Assembly (NCBI GenBank): GCA_047972965.1
Contig: JBKEBC010000005.1
Coordinates: forward strand, 2,014-66,013
From: Beutenbergiaceae bacterium
Lineage (GTDB): Bacteria > Actinomycetota > Actinomycetes > Actinomycetales > Beutenbergiaceae
DNA length: 64,000 bases
Direction of reading: 5' to 3'
Position 1 is the first letter of the stretch. The number at the start of each line of letters is the position of its first letter. Under the pieces are notes generated by a model, which was given only the letters and a program-made list of their open reading frames with translations, was not told where the DNA came from and searched no databases. Positions 38,460 to 48,557 of this stretch are shown here, piece by piece. The translations under genes and the position numbers were made by a program.

Positions 38460-40649
38460 CTACCGCCCTGCTGCTACTGCTTCTGGTCGTAGTTCCAACC
38501 GGCGCAACGACTGGGCATTGAGTGCCACGATCACCGTCGAGGCACTCATCAAGATCGCACCGACAGACATCGGCAACACGAACCCGATAGGAGCCAAGAT
38601 CCCTGCCGCAAGCGGCACGGCCAGCAGGTTGTACCCGGTTGCCCACCACAGGTTCTGGCGCATCTTGCGGTAGCTGGCCTGTGACAACTCGATAACGGAA
38701 ATCACCGCACGCGGGTCATCCCCAGCCAGAATCACCCCCGCGCTAGCTATCGCAACATCCGTACCAGCACCAATCGCTAGTCCGACATCGGCCTGGGCCA
38801 GCGCAGGCGCATCGTTGACGCCGTCTCCCACCATGGCAACCGTCCGGCCTTCGTGCTGCAATGTCTGCACGTTGCTGGCCTTGTCCTCGGGCTTGACACC
38901 CGCGAAGTAGCGATCAAGGCCCAGTTCCTGGGCGACCGCCGCAGCGACGGCCTGCGCGTCCCCGGTCATCATGACCACCTGAACCCCCCGGCGTTGCAGG
39001 GCAGCGACCGCCTCACGCGAGGATTCCCGGATTTGGTCGGCTAGCCGGAACGCACCCCACACTTCACCCTCGACCACCAGGTGCAGAATGATCGCGCCTT
39101 GCTCTTTCCATACCTGCGCAATCTCAAGTTCCGACGCCCCGGCATCGGTCAGCATGCGGGGACCACCGACCTGGACCAGCAGATCGGAGACGCGAGCGCG
39201 CACGCCGACGGCAGGCGCGGATTCAAACTCGCTCACGGCGGGCAGGTCAAGGTGGCGCTGCCGCGCTGCGGCCACAATTGCCCGGGCCAAAGGGTGCTCA
39301 GAGTCCAGCTCAGCCGCTGCCGCTAGACCGAGCACCGTATCGCTATCGCGACCGGGCGCCGATGCGACAGCGGTCACCGCCGGGGTGCCCATCGTCAACG
39401 TGCCGGTCTTGTCGAAAATTACGGTGTCGACCAGACGCATCCGTTCGAGCGCGAGCCGCTCCTTCACCAGCACTCCCACCTTGGCGGCCTTTTCGGTAGA
39501 TATCGAGACCACCAGCGGTATCGCAAGACCAAGCGCATGGGGGCAGGCGATCACCAAGACCGTGATGGTGCGCACCACCGCGTCATCCGGCTGCCCCAGA
39601 ACGCCCCAGACCGCGGCCGTGACCGCGGCGGCTGCTAGTGCGTACCAGAACAGCCAGCCGGCGGCCCGGTCAGCAAGCCGCTGGGTCTTCGAGGAAGAGC
39701 TTTGTGCCTGGCTCACCAGACGCTGAATTCCCGCGAGGGCGGTGTCTTCACCCACGGCTACCACCCGCGCTCGAATGGCGGTATCGGTTGCGACCGTGCC
39801 CGCAATCACCCGATCTCCGACGCTGCGCCGGACCGGCCGCGACTCCCCCGTGATCATGGACTCATCCATGTTCGCCGAACCTTCAACCACCTCGGCATCA
39901 GCGGGCACTCGCCCACCCGGCCGGATCAGCACCACATCTGCCAGCCGCAGTTGTGACGGGGCAACTGTGACCACTTCCTCACCCTCAACGAGCTCGGCCT
40001 CATCGGGTAACAGCGCAGCCAACGAGTCCAGCGCGGATGTGGTCATGGCCAGGGAGCGCATCTCAATCCAATGGCCCAGCAGCATGATCACCACGAGCAA
40101 AGCCAGTTCCCACCAGAAGTCCAGCTGTGGATCCAGCAGGCCCACGCTCGATCCCAGGGATGCCAGGAACGCCACGGTGATCGCCAGGCCGATCAGCAGC
40201 ATCATCCCGGGCTTACGTTCCCGCGCTTCGCCCCACGCCCCCTGCAGGAAGGGAGCACCGCCCCACAGGTATATGAGCGTTCCGAGAACCGGGGACACCC
40301 AAGCCCCCCATGGAACCTCGGGAAGCGGGTACCCGATCAGCGAGGCGAACATAGGCGAGAAACCCACCACCGGCACCGCTAGGGCCGCCATGATCCAGAA
40401 CAACCTGCGGAACCTGGCTACGTGCCCGGCATGCCCACCATGGTCATGTCCACCAGAGCCATGCTCGGTGGCGTCATGACCAGCGTCACCGTGGCCACCA
40501 GTCGCATGGCCACCACCTGCATGACCGCCAGTTGCATGCCCGTCAGCCGCAGTGCCGTGATGGCCATCGGCGCGGTCCCCCTCGCAGACGCCGGAACCTG
40601 GCGGCGCTGCGTGTTGATGCTCTGACTCTTCGGGGGTAGGGGACCTCAT
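38460..40649 (-). CDS. copB: Heavy-metal P1B-type ATPase, CopB-like (CPH motif, His-rich N-terminus)
   Basis: Start re-assigned to the ATG preceded by GGAAGGAG. His/Gly-rich N-terminus. TM motif ACPHALGLAIP. DKTGTLT phosphorylation site. GDGVNDAP hinge. Confidence 0.85.
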   Translation of the reverse strand: MRSPTPEESEHQHAAPPGSGVCEGDRADGHHGTAADGHATGGHAGGGHATGGHGDAGHDATEHGSGGHDHGGHAGHVARFRRLFWIMAALAVPVVGFSPMFASLIGYPLPEVPWGAWVSPVLGTLIYLWGGAPFLQGAWGEARERKPGMMLLIGLAITVAFLASLGSSVGLLDPQLDFWWELALLVVIMLLGHWIEMRSLAMTTSALDSLAALLPDEAELVEGEEVVTVAPSQLRLADVVLIRPGGRVPADAEVVEGSANMDESMITGESRPVRRSVGDRVIAGTVATDTAIRARVVAVGEDTALAGIQRLVSQAQSSSSKTQRLADRAAGWLFWYALAAAAVTAAVWGVLGQPDDAVVRTITVLVIACPHALGLAIPLVVSISTEKAAKVGVLVKERLALERMRLVDTVIFDKTGTLTMGTPAVTAVASAPGRDSDTVLGLAAAAELDSEHPLARAIVAAARQRHLDLPAVSEFESAPAVGVRARVSDLLVQVGGPRMLTDAGASELEIAQVWKEQGAIILHLVVEGEVWGAFRLADQIRESSREAVAALQRRGVQVVMMTGDAQAVAAAVAQELGLDRYFAGVKPEDKASNVQTLQHEGRTVAMVGDGVNDAPALAQADVGLAIGAGTDVAIASAGVILAGDDPRAVISVIELSQASYRKMRQNLWWATGYNLLAVPLAAGILAPIGFVLPMSVGAILMSASTVIVALNAQSLRRLELRPEAVAAGR

Positions 40650-40670
40650 GGCGCTCCTTCCATCGCACAC

Positions 40671-40689
40671 AATACCCCCAGGGGGTATT
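40671..40689. promoter_or_regulatory. CsoR-type operator candidate
   Basis: Perfect inverted repeat AATACCCCC-A-GGGGGTATT, 22-40 nt upstream of the ATPase start. Matches the AT-flanked C/G-tract architecture of CsoR/RcnR-family operators. Confidence 0.6.
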
Positions 40690-41308
40690 GCTGGCAAGGC
40701 GTCTCAGACCACCCCAGCTTCCAGCCATCGGTGCAGACAATCGGTCAATGCCTAGCAGCTGAGGCCGGGCGCTGGCCACCCTAGCCCCGAGGATCGCGCA
40801 GGGAGCCGAGTGTGGAGCGAATCAGCCCCAGGTCGGCGATGGTGCGGACCGCCGAGTCGGGATCGATGTCATCGGCTGGCGATCACCTCGGTGGCTTCAC
40901 CACCATCGCATCCACGGCCGCCGTATCGGGGATCTGGTCCTCATGCTTGCCGCGATTGCTATGCAGATGCGGCACCTGGGCAAACAGTGGATCGGAACTC
41001 CCGCCTGGCTGTGCGGACTAGGAGCCAGGATTGCCCAGCCCAAGGCGTCCATTTGGGGATCGGAGTACCCGCCGACCTCACCCAGTGGGCGAGCACCTCA
41101 TCGGGTTGGCGGGCACCAGCAAATCCCCCATCCCCGGCGACAGCGGCCAGCACCACCCCGCCAACCAATCCCAGAACCTTGCACCGGGAAATCGTCTTCT
41201 TCAGAGTTGAGACCGCCTCCCACGACAGCCGCGCTCGGGCCAGTGGAATCGGCCAGCGAAGGCCCACTTCCCGGGTCCGCACTATCTGCGACCCTGTCGC
41301 ACCTGCGA

Positions 41309-41965
41309 CTACTCCACCACCTCATACACCGAGTACCGCTGCAGCCCGCCAACCTCACCCTGCCTGCGCAAGAGCCAGCCGGATCGGTGTGCCGCATCTC
41401 GAACCTGGGCATCCACCTCATCGGCACCGCGCACCGTGATGGCGCTGAATGAGCCGATCACCGCGATCGCCTGGCGAGTGATATCGGCGATCACCGAACG
41501 CAGGTAGCCGCGGCCCGACCCTCGATCAGCCTTCAGGATCATCCCGTGCTGCAGCCCCGGCATGGGCGTGACCAGCACGATCTTTCCCCCCGGGGCAACG
41601 ATCCGCGTCAGCTCATCTAGCACCGCCATTGGCTGCGCATGCAGATGAAGCAGGTTGGCGCACAGCGCAGCATCCACCGATCCCGCAGGCAGGTTGGTCT
41701 CGGCAGCGTCTCGAACGGCTCCCGTGCTTATCCGGCCAGCCCGGATCGCACGGCGCACCATGGCACCGCAGGCATCGACCCCGCGCACGCGCACGCCACG
41801 CGCCGTCAGCAGGGCGGCGGATAGACCTGTGCCACAACCAACGTCCGCGACCGAGGTAACCTCGGGCAATTCAACCGCGACCCGCTGAGCAAGCTCTCGC
41901 GTGATCGGGGAATCCCAGGCAACGTCGTAGCAGCCCGCATAGATCCACCAGAACACGCTGCGCAT
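41309..41965 (-). CDS. Class I SAM-dependent methyltransferase
   Basis: 218 aa. SAM motif I VADVGCGTGLSA. Post-I acidic residue VRGVD. Confidence 0.75.
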   Translation of the reverse strand: MRSVFWWIYAGCYDVAWDSPITRELAQRVAVELPEVTSVADVGCGTGLSAALLTARGVRVRGVDACGAMVRRAIRAGRISTGAVRDAAETNLPAGSVDAALCANLLHLHAQPMAVLDELTRIVAPGGKIVLVTPMPGLQHGMILKADRGSGRGYLRSVIADITRQAIAVIGSFSAITVRGADEVDAQVRDAAHRSGWLLRRQGEVGGLQRYSVYEVVE

Positions 41966-42109
41966 GCCGCATCACCGACCTAGGTCCGGACGGCGGCCCA
42001 CCGGCACTGTCGCCTGGCCCACCTGCCCGGATGCCATTTCGGCGAACCGGAACCGCAGTAGCAACGGCATCCCGGCGACTCCAGCCACCGATCCCGGCAT
42101 GCCGGTTCC

Positions 42110-42460
42110 CTAATAGATGACGAACTTGCGGCCGGGCAGTACCAAGTAGACGCCGTACAGCGCCAAGACCGCCCCTGCCCACCAGGCGTCGGTGACATTG
42201 ATGGCGAAGACGATGCCGATGATGATCAGCGCTACACCATAGATCTTCACGACGACGGATCCGGTGGCCCGGGCCGCCTTACCCGCTGCGTTCATGGCCT
42301 TGCCCGCCATCTCCATGCCGCTGGACCCGCCGCCCTGCACGTTCGGCTGGCCCATCTGCGGATCGCCCTGCTGAGGACCCGCTGGCGTGGGCACGCCCTG
42401 ACCATGGGGTCCAGGCTCCGGTGCGCCGCCGCTCGGGGCAGGGTTGGTTGGCTCACTCAT
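42110..42460 (-). CDS. Hypothetical small membrane protein (P/G/Q-rich N-terminus, two TM helices)
   Basis: Start placed at the ATG preceded by GGGAGGAA (MSEPTNPAP...). C-terminal hydrophobic hairpin. Confidence 0.5.
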   Translation of the reverse strand: MSEPTNPAPSGGAPEPGPHGQGVPTPAGPQQGDPQMGQPNVQGGGSSGMEMAGKAMNAAGKAARATGSVVVKIYGVALIIIGIVFAINVTDAWWAGAVLALYGVYLVLPGRKFVIY

Positions 42461-42738
42461 GTCGTTCCTCCCGACTACCGTCATGGGCTGTTCAGCCATG
42501 CAATTCATGACGCTCAAACTTCACACGCCCTGTTAGCTACTCACATCGAGAAGGCCACATCGTGCACGTTGCCAATGTCGGGATTGTGGCACAGCCAGCA
42601 CCCATCAATCCAGCCAGATGGCCGATAGCCGATAGCCGATAGCAGGGGATGCCGCAACACCGGCACAGGAAAACGGGGGCCCACAACGGTCCTGCGCTGC
42701 CGGGTAAGGACCGCCCACCCTCGTCCTCACCTGCCAAG

Positions 42739-43233
42739 ATGGCTCCCATGCCAGCCCCTGCGTTCATCACCGAACTGCGCACCAAAGTGGGCCATGATCT
42801 GCTCTGGCTCAGTGGAGCCACCGCGGTCGTGCTCGACAGCAGCGGCCGGGTGCTGCTGGGACAGCGCAGCGACAACCATCAGTGGTCCCTCATCTCCGGA
42901 ATCCTGGACCCGGGCGAGCAACCCGATCACGGCGTCGCGCGTGAAGTACTGGAAGAAACCGGAGTCACGGTGATGGTCGAGGCACTGGCCGCGGTGCGGG
43001 TCACCGACCCAATGACCTACCCCAACGGAGACCAGGCTCAATTCCTCGACCTGATTTTCCTGTGTCGACCCCACGCTGGTACCGCCTGGGTGGCCGACGA
43101 CGAATCGGTAGCGGTCGGCTGGTTCAGCCTTGATGCCCTGCCCCACCCACTACTGGCGCACGTGCGGCCAACCCTGGAGAACGTGCTGAACTACCGCGCC
43201 GATCCGGCCGCTGGTGTGCGTTGGCAACGATAG
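42739..43233 (+). CDS. NUDIX hydrolase
   Basis: Nudix box GILDPGEQPDHGVAREVLEETGV. The start is uncertain (42739 or 42748). Confidence 0.8.
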   Translation: MAPMPAPAFITELRTKVGHDLLWLSGATAVVLDSSGRVLLGQRSDNHQWSLISGILDPGEQPDHGVAREVLEETGVTVMVEALAAVRVTDPMTYPNGDQAQFLDLIFLCRPHAGTAWVADDESVAVGWFSLDALPHPLLAHVRPTLENVLNYRADPAAGVRWQR

Positions 43234-43318
43234 GGAGCCAGAAATAGGCCTTTGGTCCAGCTCCGCCAGTGCTGCCATGACGATATCGTGACATGACATC
43301 CAGGACGAAGGAGTCAGC

Positions 43319-44074
43319 ATGTCACGTTTCCAAGACCGGGTCGCACTGGTGACCGGCGGGGGTAGCGGAATCGGCGAAGCCATCAGCAAGCAACTTGCCG
43401 CTGAAGGCGCATCCGTGGTCGTCGCCGACCTGTCACCGGAAGCAGCACAACGGGTCGTCGATGAGATCACATCCGCTGGAGGTACCGCAGCCGCCCTCCA
43501 GATGGACTCCAGTAGCCCCGCCGACAACGAGAAGGCCGTCAGCTTCACCGTTGAGACCTACGGTCAGCTCAACTACGCCGTCAACAATGCGGGCATCGGC
43601 GGCGCCCAAGCCAACGCGGCCGACGTCGACCCGCAGGATTGGCGCACCGTGATGAGCGTCAACATCGACGGCGTCTTCTACGGCATGAAGTACCAGATTC
43701 CGGAGATTATTAAGAACCCCACGCAGAGCGCCATCGTGAACATGGCCTCCATCCACGGCGCGGTCGCAGCGATCGGCAGCGGCGCCTACACCGCCAGCAA
43801 GCACGCCGTCGTGGGTCTGACCAAGAATGCCGCGGCCGAATACGGCGGCGACGGGCTCCGGGTCAACAGCGTCGGCCCCGGCTACATTGCCACCCCACTG
43901 CTGGACAAGCACCTCGATGAGGCCACCAAGCAGTTCCTGGTATCGAAGCACCCGCTGGGCAGGCTGGGCCAGGCGCAGGAAGTCAGCGAGCTCGTGTGCT
44001 TCCTGCTCTCTGACGCCGCCAGCTTCTGCTCAGGTGGCTACTACCTGGTCGACGGCGGCTACACCGCCGTCTAG
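43319..44074 (+). CDS. SDR-family oxidoreductase
   Basis: 251 aa. TGGGSGIG cofactor motif. NNAG. Catalytic YTASKHAV. Confidence 0.85.
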   Translation: MSRFQDRVALVTGGGSGIGEAISKQLAAEGASVVVADLSPEAAQRVVDEITSAGGTAAALQMDSSSPADNEKAVSFTVETYGQLNYAVNNAGIGGAQANAADVDPQDWRTVMSVNIDGVFYGMKYQIPEIIKNPTQSAIVNMASIHGAVAAIGSGAYTASKHAVVGLTKNAAAEYGGDGLRVNSVGPGYIATPLLDKHLDEATKQFLVSKHPLGRLGQAQEVSELVCFLLSDAASFCSGGYYLVDGGYTAV

Positions 44075-44082
44075 GCCGCCCC

Positions 44083-44118
44083 GGCCCCTGTGCGGATTTC
44101 CCAGCCCGCGCAGGGGCC
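44083..44118. terminator. Hairpin between convergent SDR and prpC genes (1 of 2)
   Basis: 8-bp stem GGCCCCTG/CAGGGGCC with inner GCGG/CCGC pairing. Confidence 0.4.
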
Positions 44119-44128
44119 TGGTGCTACT

Positions 44129-44157
44129 GCACCGCACCCTGCCGGTCGGTGCGGTGC
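44129..44157. terminator. Hairpin between convergent SDR and prpC genes (2 of 2)
   Basis: Perfect 10-bp stem GCACCGCACC/GGTGCGGTGC with a 9-nt loop, 5 nt from the prpC stop. Confidence 0.5.
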
Positions 44158-44161
44158 CGAA

Positions 44162-45277
44162 CTAGCGTGCAGGCACCTGCCGCAACGCTGGCCCGGTGTA
44201 GCCGCTCAGCGGCCGGATCAGCGCGTTCGCAGCCCGTTGCTCCATCACATGAGCCGTCCAACCCGTCACCCGGGAGGCGACAAACAGCGGCGTGAACGTC
44301 GCGGTATCGAAACCCATCAGGTGATAGGCCGGGCCCGCGGGGTAGTCCAGGTTCGGCTGGATCTGCTTCGCCTGACCCATCGCCGATTCCAGGGCGGCGT
44401 ACAGCTCGCCTAGGTCCGGGCGTTGGTAGTACCTGATCAGGTCATCGAGGACCGCCTTCATGGTCGGCACCCGGGAATCCCCATGCTTGTAGACCCGGTG
44501 GCCAAACCCCATGATCTTCAGCTTGCTGGCTAGCGCATTCTCCAGCCAGGCCTGGGCGTTCTCGGCGCTGCCAATGTCGTCGAAGGTGTGCATCACCGCC
44601 TCATTCGCGCCGCCGTGCAGCGGCCCTTTGAGCGCCCCGATGGCCCCGGTCACCGCCGAGTAGAGGTCGGAGAGGGTGGAGGTGATCACGCGCGCGGTGA
44701 AGGTCGAGGCATTGAAGGAATGCTCGGCGTACAGCACCATGGATACCTCAAACGCGCGCACCACCTCGGCGGCCGGTTCACTGCCAAAGGTCATCCACAG
44801 AAAGTTCTCCGCATAGCTGAGATCTGGTCGCGGCGGCACAAGCTGCTGACCACGGCGTCGCCGTTGATCGAAGGCAACCACCGCGGGCAGCATCGCCCAC
44901 AGGCGCACTGCCTTGGCCTGCTCAGCCTGCACACTCCCATCCTGGGCGGCCGGGTCAGATGCCCCGATGATCGAGACGGCGGTGCGGCACACATCCATGG
45001 GGTGGCAGCCAGTTGGTAGCGCCGCTATCGCCTCGACGAGATCGTCGGGCAAGGTCCGCTGTGACCGTTCCAGCGCGGTCTGGGTTGCCAACTGCTCAGC
45101 ATCGGGCAGGTCGCCGTGCCACAACAGGTATGCCACCTCTTCGAAGGAGCACTCAGCAGCCAGATCCTGTACCCGGTAGCCGCGATACAGCAATGAGTTC
45201 GACTCCGGATCAACCTTGCTGATGGCGGTAACATCCACCACCACACCGGCTAGGCCCTTCTTGATCTCCTCGCTCAT
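44162..45277 (-). CDS. prpC: 2-methylcitrate synthase / citrate synthase family
   Basis: 371 aa. Citrate-synthase signature GFGHRVYK. Last gene of the prpD-prpB-prpC arrangement, with a 4-nt overlap with prpB. Confidence 0.8.
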   Translation of the reverse strand: MSEEIKKGLAGVVVDVTAISKVDPESNSLLYRGYRVQDLAAECSFEEVAYLLWHGDLPDAEQLATQTALERSQRTLPDDLVEAIAALPTGCHPMDVCRTAVSIIGASDPAAQDGSVQAEQAKAVRLWAMLPAVVAFDQRRRRGQQLVPPRPDLSYAENFLWMTFGSEPAAEVVRAFEVSMVLYAEHSFNASTFTARVITSTLSDLYSAVTGAIGALKGPLHGGANEAVMHTFDDIGSAENAQAWLENALASKLKIMGFGHRVYKHGDSRVPTMKAVLDDLIRYYQRPDLGELYAALESAMGQAKQIQPNLDYPAGPAYHLMGFDTATFTPLFVASRVTGWTAHVMEQRAANALIRPLSGYTGPALRQVPAR

Positions 45278-46194
45278 TGCCTGCTCCCTTTCTCTGGGTC
45301 CGGGGGTACTGAATAGGTGAAGATGTCCGCGTCGAACGCGTTGTAGCCGGCGTAGTCGATCAGCTCATACAGGCGAGCCCGGGTCTGCATCTGGCCCACC
45401 AGGTGCTGCTGGGTGCCGGCCTGAGCCATGGACTCCAGGCTGCGTTCGATCTCCCCCATCGCCAACCTCAGCAACGTCACCGGGTAAATCACCAGCCGCA
45501 CCCCCGCACTCGCGAGCTGGGTCGTGGTAAAGAGCTCCGACTTGCCGAACTCGGTCATATTGGCCAGCACCGGAACCTCAACGGCGTTCGCCACCGCTTC
45601 AAATTCGGCCAGATCAACCATGGCCTCCGGGAAGATGGCGTCTGCGCCGGCGTCCACCAGTGACTTCGCGCGATCGATGGCGGCGTCTAGACCGGAGATA
45701 GCTCGGATATCGGTGCGGGCGATCAGCAGAAAGTTCGGATCGCGACGGGCGTTGGCTGCAGCTGCGATGCGTTGTCGCGCGCTGCGCTGATCCACCACGC
45801 TCTTGCCATCCAGGTGGCCGCACCGCTTGGGGTTGACCTGGTCTTCAATGTGGGCGCCCGCAAGCCCCGCATCCTCCAGCACCGTGATCGTGCGAGCCGC
45901 GTTCATGGGCTCACCGAAACCGGTGTCGGCATCGACCAGCGTGGGCAGCGAGGTGACGCGCGCAATCTGCCCTGCCCGGCCGCTGACCTCGGTCAGAGTG
46001 GTGAGTCCGATGTCGGGCAAACCAAGGTCGGCAGCGAGCACCGCGCCGGACACGTACACGCCTTCGAAGCCTTTGTCCGCGATAGCCATCGCCGACAATG
46101 GGCTGATAGCGCCGGGTAGCCGCAGGAGCTGCGACCCGGCTAAGGCTGACCGCAGATCAGCACGTTTCTGAGCGGCGCTGACGCTGCGCAGCAT
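45274..46194 (-). CDS. prpB: Methylisocitrate lyase
   Basis: 306 aa. ICL/PEP-mutase family motifs (DADTGFG, KRCGH). Confidence 0.85.
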   Translation of the reverse strand: MLRSVSAAQKRADLRSALAGSQLLRLPGAISPLSAMAIADKGFEGVYVSGAVLAADLGLPDIGLTTLTEVSGRAGQIARVTSLPTLVDADTGFGEPMNAARTITVLEDAGLAGAHIEDQVNPKRCGHLDGKSVVDQRSARQRIAAAANARRDPNFLLIARTDIRAISGLDAAIDRAKSLVDAGADAIFPEAMVDLAEFEAVANAVEVPVLANMTEFGKSELFTTTQLASAGVRLVIYPVTLLRLAMGEIERSLESMAQAGTQQHLVGQMQTRARLYELIDYAGYNAFDADIFTYSVPPDPEKGSRQ

Positions 46195-47741
46195 CAGAAC
46201 AGCCCCTGCGGCGTCGGGACCGAACTCAGCAATCCGGGCCGCGCAGCAATGGTCAGCCCAGCGAGCTCGTCCGCAGTCAGGTCCGGCAGCTGCTGCACCA
46301 GATCCAGGTACCGTTCGATCTCACCTGGTTCGAGTGCAGGTTCAGCCAGCATCCGGAACTTCTCGATGTACTGACTGCGGGCAAATGGTCGGGCTCCCAG
46401 CGGGTGGGCGTCCGCCACAGCGATCTCCTCGGTGATCACCTGACCATCGGTGGTGGTGATCTCCATCCGGCCACCGAACGCCTTGTGCGCCGGATCAGTG
46501 CTGTGGTAGCGCTGTGTCCAGGCTGGGTCCTCAGCAGTGGTGATCTTGCGCCACAGGGCCACCGTGTCTGGCCGTTGGGCACGAGCGGGAGCGTAGGAAG
46601 ACTCGTGGTGCCAGGTTCCATCCTGCAGTGCGACAGCCACGATGTAGGGGATGGAGTGATCCAGTGTTTCCCGAGTCGCTTCCGGGTCATACTTCTGCGG
46701 ATCGTTGGCACCAGAACCGATCACGTGATGGGTGTGGTGACTGGTGTGGATCACAATCTGGTCAATGTTGGCTGGGTCGGCGAGCGCCGGCCGACTGCGG
46801 TGTAGCCGCCGCGCGAGATCGATCAGCGCTTGGCTCTGGTACTCAGCCGAGTGTTCCTTGGTGTAGGTGTCCGCAATGGCCCGCTTCGGTTCGCCTGGCG
46901 CCGGCAGCACCACCTCATAGCTGGCATCTGGCCCGTCCAGCATCCAGGCGACGACGCCGTCAGCACCCTCATAGATCGGCTCGGGTGAGGTTTGCCCCCG
47001 CATCGCTCGATCGACAGCTTCAATGGCGACCTTGCCGGCGAAGGCCGGGGCGTAGGCCTTCCAGGTGGAGATCCGGCCCTTGCGTGACTGCCGGGTGGCC
47101 GTGGTGGTGTGTAGCGCCTGACCGATCGCCTGGAAGATCGTCTCCGTCGGCAATCCCAACAACGTTCCGATGCCGGCAGCCGCACTGGGGCCCAGGTGCG
47201 CGACATGGTCGATCTTGTGTTGGTGCAGGCTGATCGCTCGGACCAGGTCAACTTGGATCTCGTATCCGGTGACGATCCCCCGCACTAGTTGGTCACCGGT
47301 ACATGCCCGGTGCTGCGCCACGGCCAGGATCGGCGGAATATTGTCCCCGGGATGGGAGTAGTCGGCGGCCAGGAAGGTGTCGTGGAAGTCGAGTTCGCGG
47401 ACGGCGACGCCGTTGGCCCAGGCCGCCCATTCCGGGCTGACCCGTAGCTGCGGGCTGCGCCCGAACACGGTAGCTCCGGGCGAGTAGGGGTGGGCGCAGG
47501 CCTGTGCTCGTGCGGCCACGACGGGTGGGCGCACCAAGGAGGCCGCCGCCACGGCGGCATTGTCAATCATCCGGTTGATGACCATGTCCAGCACGTCCGG
47601 CTCGATGGGCGCATCGTCGGTGGCAAGTTCAGCAAGTTTCCAGGCGAGCTGGGCGTGAGGCTCCAGCTCGTCGTCGCTGCGGTGGACCCGTAGTTGGTGC
47701 GTCGCTGGCACTGTTCTCCCTGGATTGTCGTAGACACACAC
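46194..47741 (-). CDS. prpD: 2-methylcitrate dehydratase (MmgE/PrpD family)
   Basis: 515-aa ORF (GTG). An alternative GTG at 47711 has a GGGAG SD 4 nt upstream. PrpD-like sequence throughout. Confidence 0.8.
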   Translation of the reverse strand: MCVYDNPGRTVPATHQLRVHRSDDELEPHAQLAWKLAELATDDAPIEPDVLDMVINRMIDNAAVAAASLVRPPVVAARAQACAHPYSPGATVFGRSPQLRVSPEWAAWANGVAVRELDFHDTFLAADYSHPGDNIPPILAVAQHRACTGDQLVRGIVTGYEIQVDLVRAISLHQHKIDHVAHLGPSAAAGIGTLLGLPTETIFQAIGQALHTTTATRQSRKGRISTWKAYAPAFAGKVAIEAVDRAMRGQTSPEPIYEGADGVVAWMLDGPDASYEVVLPAPGEPKRAIADTYTKEHSAEYQSQALIDLARRLHRSRPALADPANIDQIVIHTSHHTHHVIGSGANDPQKYDPEATRETLDHSIPYIVAVALQDGTWHHESSYAPARAQRPDTVALWRKITTAEDPAWTQRYHSTDPAHKAFGGRMEITTTDGQVITEEIAVADAHPLGARPFARSQYIEKFRMLAEPALEPGEIERYLDLVQQLPDLTADELAGLTIAARPGLLSSVPTPQGLF

Positions 47742-47909
47742 CGTAAGTCCCCCGGCGACGGTTGTGGAACACCCTCACCAATTCCGCACGACCGACCACC
47801 CTGCCTTGCTAACCGGCCAGTGGTCCTGTCCCGGTAGGGACGGGACCAGCCCAACGGCAACTGACACCCCTGGTCACGCAGTCACCGATTGGCTGCCTAG
47901 AGTGATTCC

Positions 47910-48557
47910 ATGTCGACCGTTACCGCATACGCACTGCCACGACGAGCTTTGGCCATCACCATCACGGTCCTGATGGCCTGGGCCTGGTCGATGGGCAGCG
48001 CGAGCGCCCACAGTGAACTGGTCAGCTCCGCTCCTGCGGACGCCACCGACGTCGCGACCGCACCCGAACAGGTGGTGCTGGTCTTCAACGAAGAAATGGT
48101 CAGCCTGGGCACCGAGGTGGTGGTCGCCGATCCCAGCGGCCAGTCGGTCTCGACCGGGGAACCAGTGGTGGAGAGCACCACCGTGACCCAAGCCGTACAG
48201 CCTGGCCCGGCTGGCACCTATACGGTGACCTGGCGCACGGTCTCCGCTGACGGGCACCCCATTTCAGGCACGTTGAGCTACACCGTGTCGCAGGAGCCTA
48301 GCCCCACCGCCAGCACGCCAAGCACCGCAACCACCGAACCGAGCCCAGGGCCGACGGTCACCACCGACGCCCCCTCCCAGGACGCTGGCAGCACGAGCAC
48401 TCCCGCAACACCCGACACCGCTGATGACGGCCGCGGGATCGGCTCCTGGGTGGGCCTGATGGTCATCATCGCGTTGGCCCTCGGCATCGTTGCCCTCCTG
48501 ATCTTCCTGCGGCAGTCTCGCCGCAGGCAACCTCGAGGATCCGAGCACGACCAATGA
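47910..48557 (+). CDS. copC: CopC-domain copper-binding protein with a C-terminal membrane anchor
   Basis: Signal peptide ending ASA|HSELV (mature N-terminal His). WRTVSADGHPISG motif. P/T/S linker and a TM helix. Confidence 0.8.
   Translation: MSTVTAYALPRRALAITITVLMAWAWSMGSASAHSELVSSAPADATDVATAPEQVVLVFNEEMVSLGTEVVVADPSGQSVSTGEPVVESTTVTQAVQPGPAGTYTVTWRTVSADGHPISGTLSYTVSQEPSPTASTPSTATTEPSPGPTVTTDAPSQDAGSTSTPATPDTADDGRGIGSWVGLMVIIALALGIVALLIFLRQSRRRQPRGSEHDQ

Noticed and set aside
39742-40479. Long antisense or alternative-frame ORFs inside well-supported genes. Examples are 39742-40479, 28256-28984, 28531-29304, 14556-15086, 35180-36028, 36189-36848 and 54656-55348.
   Set aside because: Typical high-GC artefacts: Arg/Pro/Ala/Ser-rich, no recognisable motifs, fully nested in genes with strong family signatures on the other strand or frame.
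40883-40885. In-frame TGA within the coding-like stretch, as a possible selenocysteine or programmed read-through codon.
   Set aside because: I saw no SECIS-like hairpin immediately downstream. The upstream part of the putative gene is also frame-disrupted. Pseudogenisation is the simpler explanation.
40810-41452. Plus-strand ORFs 40810-41439 and 40943-41452 filling the gap between the copper operator and the methyltransferase.
   Set aside because: Pro/Arg/Ser-rich low-complexity translations with weak third-position GC bias. The minus strand shows the better, although broken, coding signal.
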